A stretch of 63,326 nucleotides of DNA, the filler included, from Aduncisulcus paluster (lineage: Eukaryota), in assembly GCA_024181965.1 (NCBI GenBank). It is 5 parts of 5 records of this genome, joined end to end, with 100 filler letters (N's around TTAATTAATTAA, not from the genome) between each part and the next. Parts side by side here need not be neighbours in the genome. Positions count along the whole stretch, not along the records: positions 53,579 to 63,326 come from BQXS01010127.1; 4 more parts are not named here. One strand, 5' to 3'. The notes under the pieces were generated by a model, which had not been told where the DNA came from, did no database searches, and saw only the letters and a list, made by a program, of their open reading frames with translations. The first letter of the stretch is position 1; each line of letters starts with the position of its first letter. Shown piece by piece: positions 58,279-63,326 of the stretch. A program made the translations under genes and the position numbers.

Positions 58279-61200
58279 CTAATCGAAAAATCGACACCAC
58301 TCACATAGATGTGATTTAGCTTTTCCTTGGAGAGATAGAATTTGCGGATGGATTGAGAATTCTCGAGCACACCGAGAACATACTTTCCTTTCTTTATCAC
58401 TCAATAACTCATTTGCACAAGCATGGCATGTCAATCCACATCCTAACACATAATGACAAAGCGGAATTGGAACTTTGGTTTTACATTTGACGCATCTTAT
58501 AGATCTTTTGACAGATTCTTTAAGCTTTGGCGCCATCAAATCGACACATTCTGAAAATGGTGGGAATTGTATCGGGGGGAAAGAGTCAGCAAAATCTCTA
58601 ATTTCACGTTCAGAGTGTTTTTTCGGATCCTTTTCAATATATTTCTTTGAAGAAGGAAATGACATCATGGAACAAATATAATTGCATTTATGAGTGCTAT
58701 GCCACTCTGCAATTCCAATTTTGTGTCTATTTTTAGAAGAATGAGAAAGATAAGCTTTTGATGATGAATACAATTCTGGGGTAGAGAGAATAATATGAGA
58801 CTGGAATGACCATCCTTTCAAGTCACTCACGAGTAAACCTCCCAAACTAACATTGTAGACATGGTGTTGAAAAGCAGAGAGAGTCAAAGAAGAAGGAAAA
58901 GGTTTGTCAATTGATGATTCAGGATGCTTTTGAGACTCTTCTGCCAATTCTAACGATTTCCAAACTTCATAATGTATCTTCTTCTTTTCTGGGGTAAGGC
59001 TCTCAAACCTCCTCACCGGATTACCTTCTGAATCAAGGATATTTGACTCTATTGTTTCTCTTAATTGCACTATTAAAGCGTTTTGCGTCATATCTCGACC
59101 CACTTTCTTTGGATTTGTCACCATCCATTTCTCCCACTCTTCTTTCCTTCTTTTCTCTTCCTTTTCAGCATTTTCGATATCGATAAAAGAATATTTTCTC
59201 CGAGTATTCCCACTTTGACCACCAATTCCCAAGCCAAGACGATGCTGTTNNNNNNNNNNNNNNNNNNNNTTTCCAAACTTCATAATGTATCTTCTTCTTT
59301 TCTGGGGTAAGGCTCTCAAACCTCCTCACCGGATTACCTTCTGAATCAAGGATATTTGACTCTATTGTTTCTCTTAATTGCACTATTAAAGCGTTTTGCG
59401 TCATATCTCGACCCACTTTCTTTGGATTTGTCACCATCCATTTCTCCCACTCTTCTTTCCTTCTTTTCTCTTCCTTTTCAGCATTTTCGATATCGATAAA
59501 AGAATATTTTCTCCGAGTATTCCCACTTTGACCACCAATTCCCAAGCCAAGACGATGCTGTTCCTCCACTTCTGCACGCTCATATTCATCGAGGGGAGTC
59601 GTGCAATAAGACATCAGCCGAGCTTTATCCAGTTGGTTCTTTCTTGTCATACAACTCTCATTTTCATGTCGAGATGAAACATCCCAATCGAAAAACGGTT
59701 CTACGAATAGGAAAGGAAAGTCACAATGCCCTGTGCATATCAAATAGCAAGGAAGAACAGAAACAGACTTCATGCCGAGATGTTGTGATGCTTGTCGGCT
59801 AAAGAGTTGGGCAAGACATCCAGAAATAGATTGAGAAACAATACGATTCACAAAATAAGAGGGAATAATCCTTAAAGATGGATCTGAAGGAACATGAACA
59901 ATGACATTGCTCTTTGTACATTTGTGCTCTTCCCTCGCAAAAGCTACCTTCTTCATTATTCCTCGAAATAGATATTCAGAGTCTGATTTTTGCATTGGGC
60001 GCTTCTCTATTTCAATTGATACTGGGAAATAGGTTGAGAAAGGAGATGCCTGAAGATCATACAAGGGTTGCCAAGAGGATGGAATGCACTTTCTGGAGAT
60101 AGATAACAACGAACGAACGTCATCAATAGATCTGAGAAACTTATTAGGCCTATTTTTAGCTAGCAAATCCCCCATTCTTGGATTGAACGGTATCGCGAAA
60201 GAATGGCATCCAATTTCATTTGTCCAGGCTTCTTTTGTAGAGTGTGGTCCTGGAAAAGCTGATAAATATGAAAATTCTGCACCTGCAGCAATATCCATTC
60301 CGTGTGGCAATGATAGACCGATTCTGCGGGTTCCGAAAAGAAGTGTGGCAGGGGATAGAACTTCTTTAGGGGATAAAATAAAGTCATGCTCAAGAAGGCT
60401 GCGAGAAGATGACCATTCTGCCTTCTTTTTCCACAATGAATCGAACAAAATATCATATATTTGTGGATCTGATTGTTCATATTGTTCAACAACCTCAGCT
60501 TCGAGTGATGATGTCTGAATGTGAACATGGGAAGTGATTGTCGCCCTTTTCCACAGATTATCAACTGTTGTCGAGTCAATCTGGGGGAATTGACTAAGGA
60601 ATCCCAGCACATCAAGAAAAGATAGAGTCTCTGGGGAATCGTTTAGTCTGCTCCAAAGTGTTGAATCAATACACAACAAACTTAAACTATCAGCATCTGA
60701 AAATACACTCGTCTGTGAAGAAAAAGATTTAGAAAGAACATCAGAAATCATGTCAATTTGAGTGATTTTGGAAGGAATCTCATAAATTTCATCGTCTTTC
60801 CGTAATCTTATTTCATCCTTTTCCTTCACTCTCTTTTCCTCTTCTTTTTCTTCCTGCCCAACTCCAAGACGCCAAGGAGATAGCTGGATACATTGAGAAT
60901 GAATTCCTTTAATAAATACAGAATTATCTTTTTGGAAATTCTGATTTTCTCGGAAATAATTAAAAACTTTTGAGAATTCTCGTTCTTTTAAACCAATATC
61001 CTCCTCCTCTTCCTTTTCTTCTTCTCGTGTTGACATCATCTTTGATGTTTCAGACTCATACTCCTTATAAAGACTGAACTTATCTACTATCAACGAACAA
61101 ACTGAATGATTGTCACCAATTCGAGATATTGAATCTGTTTGTTCTTCTTCTTCTTCTTGTTCTTCTTCTCCTTTCTTCTCTTTAGATTCCTCTGATACTA

Positions 61201-62575
61201 ATTGCTTTGTTTCTGAAGGGATAAATAGGGGGAAATAAACATAATTAATTCTAAATTTTGCAAAACAGCGAAATAAATTGGACAATGAAATTCGAGGAGA
61301 GGATTGAGAACTCTTGTCTTCTATTGTTGAATTTGAAGGAGACGTAACAACAATCTCTTCCTTGGGAATAGTCCCATCAAAATGGCTATTGAAACGAGAT
61401 AAATGAATAATCATTCGAGAAAACATATTTGGATATTTAAATTGTTGATGGAAAGAAGGAATATCATCACTCTCCTTGTTGTCCTTGTGTTTCGTATTAC
61501 AAGCTTTCAATCGCTGGAGCTTTTCCGTTTGCCTTTCCAGCCTTAAACTCATAACATGTCTCTTATATTCATCATCTTTTTCAACGTCAGATTTTGATTT
61601 TGAGAGTGTTGATATAGGATTTCTATTCTCAGCAGAAATTGGCAACCATTCAAGTGATTCAAGGCACCAGGAAAAACCATAAATACATGAGGTTATCCAC
61701 GAAGAATAATCAAATGAAGTCCTAGAATGCGGAAGAAGGGAAGATTTATCCCTATTTTGCCGTATTTTGGCCAAAATTTTAGATTTTGAATAGAGAGAAT
61801 GAATAAAACGAGAAATATCTTCCAAATCAGCAGTAAAACCGAGATATTTCAATGGATATTTCCCATATTTATCATCTTTTTGTTCAAATTGATCATCATT
61901 ATGTGCAATAACAATGGAAAATCTGAATTTCGTGGTAGGGTGGTGAGATATAATACCCTCTATCAATCGCATTCCTTCAGCTTGTAATATATTTGCCCAT
62001 TCATAAATGCTAAATGATGAATCAAGAAAGAGAACAACATCAGAATGGCATGAAAAACAAGATACTGGAAGAGAAAATCTTCTCGAAACAATTTCAAACT
62101 TTCGAAGCACTTCGATAAGTCTAAAAACATTGAAATACCGCTTAATCTTTTTTGAACGCGATTGGTGAACTTCTTTTACAGATTCATTGTATGAAATACG
62201 TTTTCGTTTTATGGTTTCTTTCAGTGTTTTTTCAAGTGATGTTCTTTCTTCTAACAGAGTTGACAATTGTTTCTTTTTTAACTGAACTTCATATTGAACG
62301 GTTGGGATGATTTCAGGGTCAATTCCACAACGCCTGGCAACATAAAACTCCTCGAGAGCTTGTGAGATCTTTTGAAAAGTATAAAAAAGGCTTAATAAGT
62401 TCTGTTCTTTTTGATATGCATATTGATTAATATGTTGAGCAAATTCTTGTAGGTCATTTTCCCTTTTTTGAATGGATATTGAGACATTATCAATTTTTGT
62501 TCTGTAGAGCTCAAGAAGCTTTGTGAATGAGGAAATTAGGTCTTTTCTGGAAATAAATTCATGTTTAATATTCAT
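58279..62575 (-). CDS. Coiled-coil + vWA + alpha-kinase-like + Cys-rich protein
   Basis: DVVLFLDSSFS (vWA); FVEPFF, SAFQHHVY..S.G.LLVSDLKG, THKCNYIC (alpha-kinase); terminal CxxC pairs. Confidence 0.75.
58957..59562. repeat. Duplicated overlap around a 20-N gap
   Basis: 58957-59249 is repeated at 59270-59562. Confidence 0.9.
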
Positions 62576-63101
62576 TTTTATCAATATTTTTATCCTATTT
62601 GTTCTCCAAAGGAAATCTTCATGAGTTTTGAGTCGGCAGTAGTCAGTTTTGCCGGTACCGGCAACTGCCGGTACCTAAGATATCTTTAGCTACACCCATT
62701 ACAGAAATAAAAACCCATAAATCTTTCATAATTTCAACAAATTTAATAGAAAATAGAAAAAATAGTTGAAAATTCCCTTCGCGCAGGCGAGAACATTTTG
62801 CCGGTATTGTTCATATCGCCAATTTCGGTCAAAAATACCGTTAAAATGTTATCGCCTTGAATATAGATTAAATTCATAATAAAACCTCTAAATTCTTTAT
62901 AACTTTTGTATATTTATGGCTAAAACTTCATTAAAAATGAAAATAATAGGTCAAGAAGCCAGCAAAAACAAAACTTTCAAAAAAATACAAAAATAACCAA
63001 TAAAAGCAGATTTTATTATAATAATTTTGTATATTAATCATATTTATATCCGAGAATAACGATTATTAAAAAATATTATTGATTGGTGCGCAAGATAGAT
63101 A

Positions 63102-63326
63102 ATGGATGAAGACAAACTAGCTAAACATCATGGAATCACAATTGAAAACGTTCCAGGAGATGGATATTGCTTATATCATGCCTTTTTAAAGGCAACTCAA
63201 CAGCATATAAAGTTCCATTCGCTCCGAGACATGGTGCATGAGGAAAAAGCGTTGAAGAAAGAACTTGAGGAAGAAGGAGACGTTGATCAAGGTACAAAAA
63301 TCATTCAAGGAGCAATTGAATCCCTT
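63102..63326 (+). CDS. OTU-domain deubiquitinase, 3'-truncated by the window edge
   Basis: MDEDKLAKHHGITIENVPGDGYCLYHAF contains the OTU D-G-x-C catalytic loop. Confidence 0.8.
   Translation, partial: MDEDKLAKHHGITIENVPGDGYCLYHAFLKATQQHIKFHSLRDMVHEEKALKKELEEEGDVDQGTKIIQGAIESL

Overview
This is AT-rich, gene-dense eukaryotic (protist) DNA in the standard genetic code, with sparse, short GT-AG introns near gene 5' ends (donor usually GTATGT). Flagellar CFAP58, anaerobe-type enzymes and two expanded protein families suggest a free-living fornicate (Carpediemonas-like, e.g. Aduncisulcus); this taxonomic call is from recollection, not a search. The window is five scaffolds joined by artificial N44-TTAATTAATTAA-N44 spacers. 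It also has nine 20-N gaps whose flanks are duplicated overlaps. Recognisable genes include GNAT, flavoredoxin, SERBP1/Stm1, a NAK kinase with an ANTH domain, RING-YEATS-like, a Rab-like GTPase, HAD, REEP/YOP1, a PLP enzyme, TOP6B-like, a Ser/Thr kinase, CFAP58, TAF12-like, SPFH, RUVBL2, MAK16, a Cys-rich membrane protein, MON1, SNAPC3 and eIF5A fragments, OSCA/TMEM63-like, a vWA alpha-(pseudo)kinase and OTU. Highlights invisible to the ORF track: a polymorphic 86-bp TG..CA element with a 4-bp target duplication, a spliced 3-exon TAF12-like gene, a spliced 36-aa membrane microprotein, a ubiquitin-like gene broken by a TTAA duplication, and a stop-free intron hiding the Topo VI-B N-terminus.
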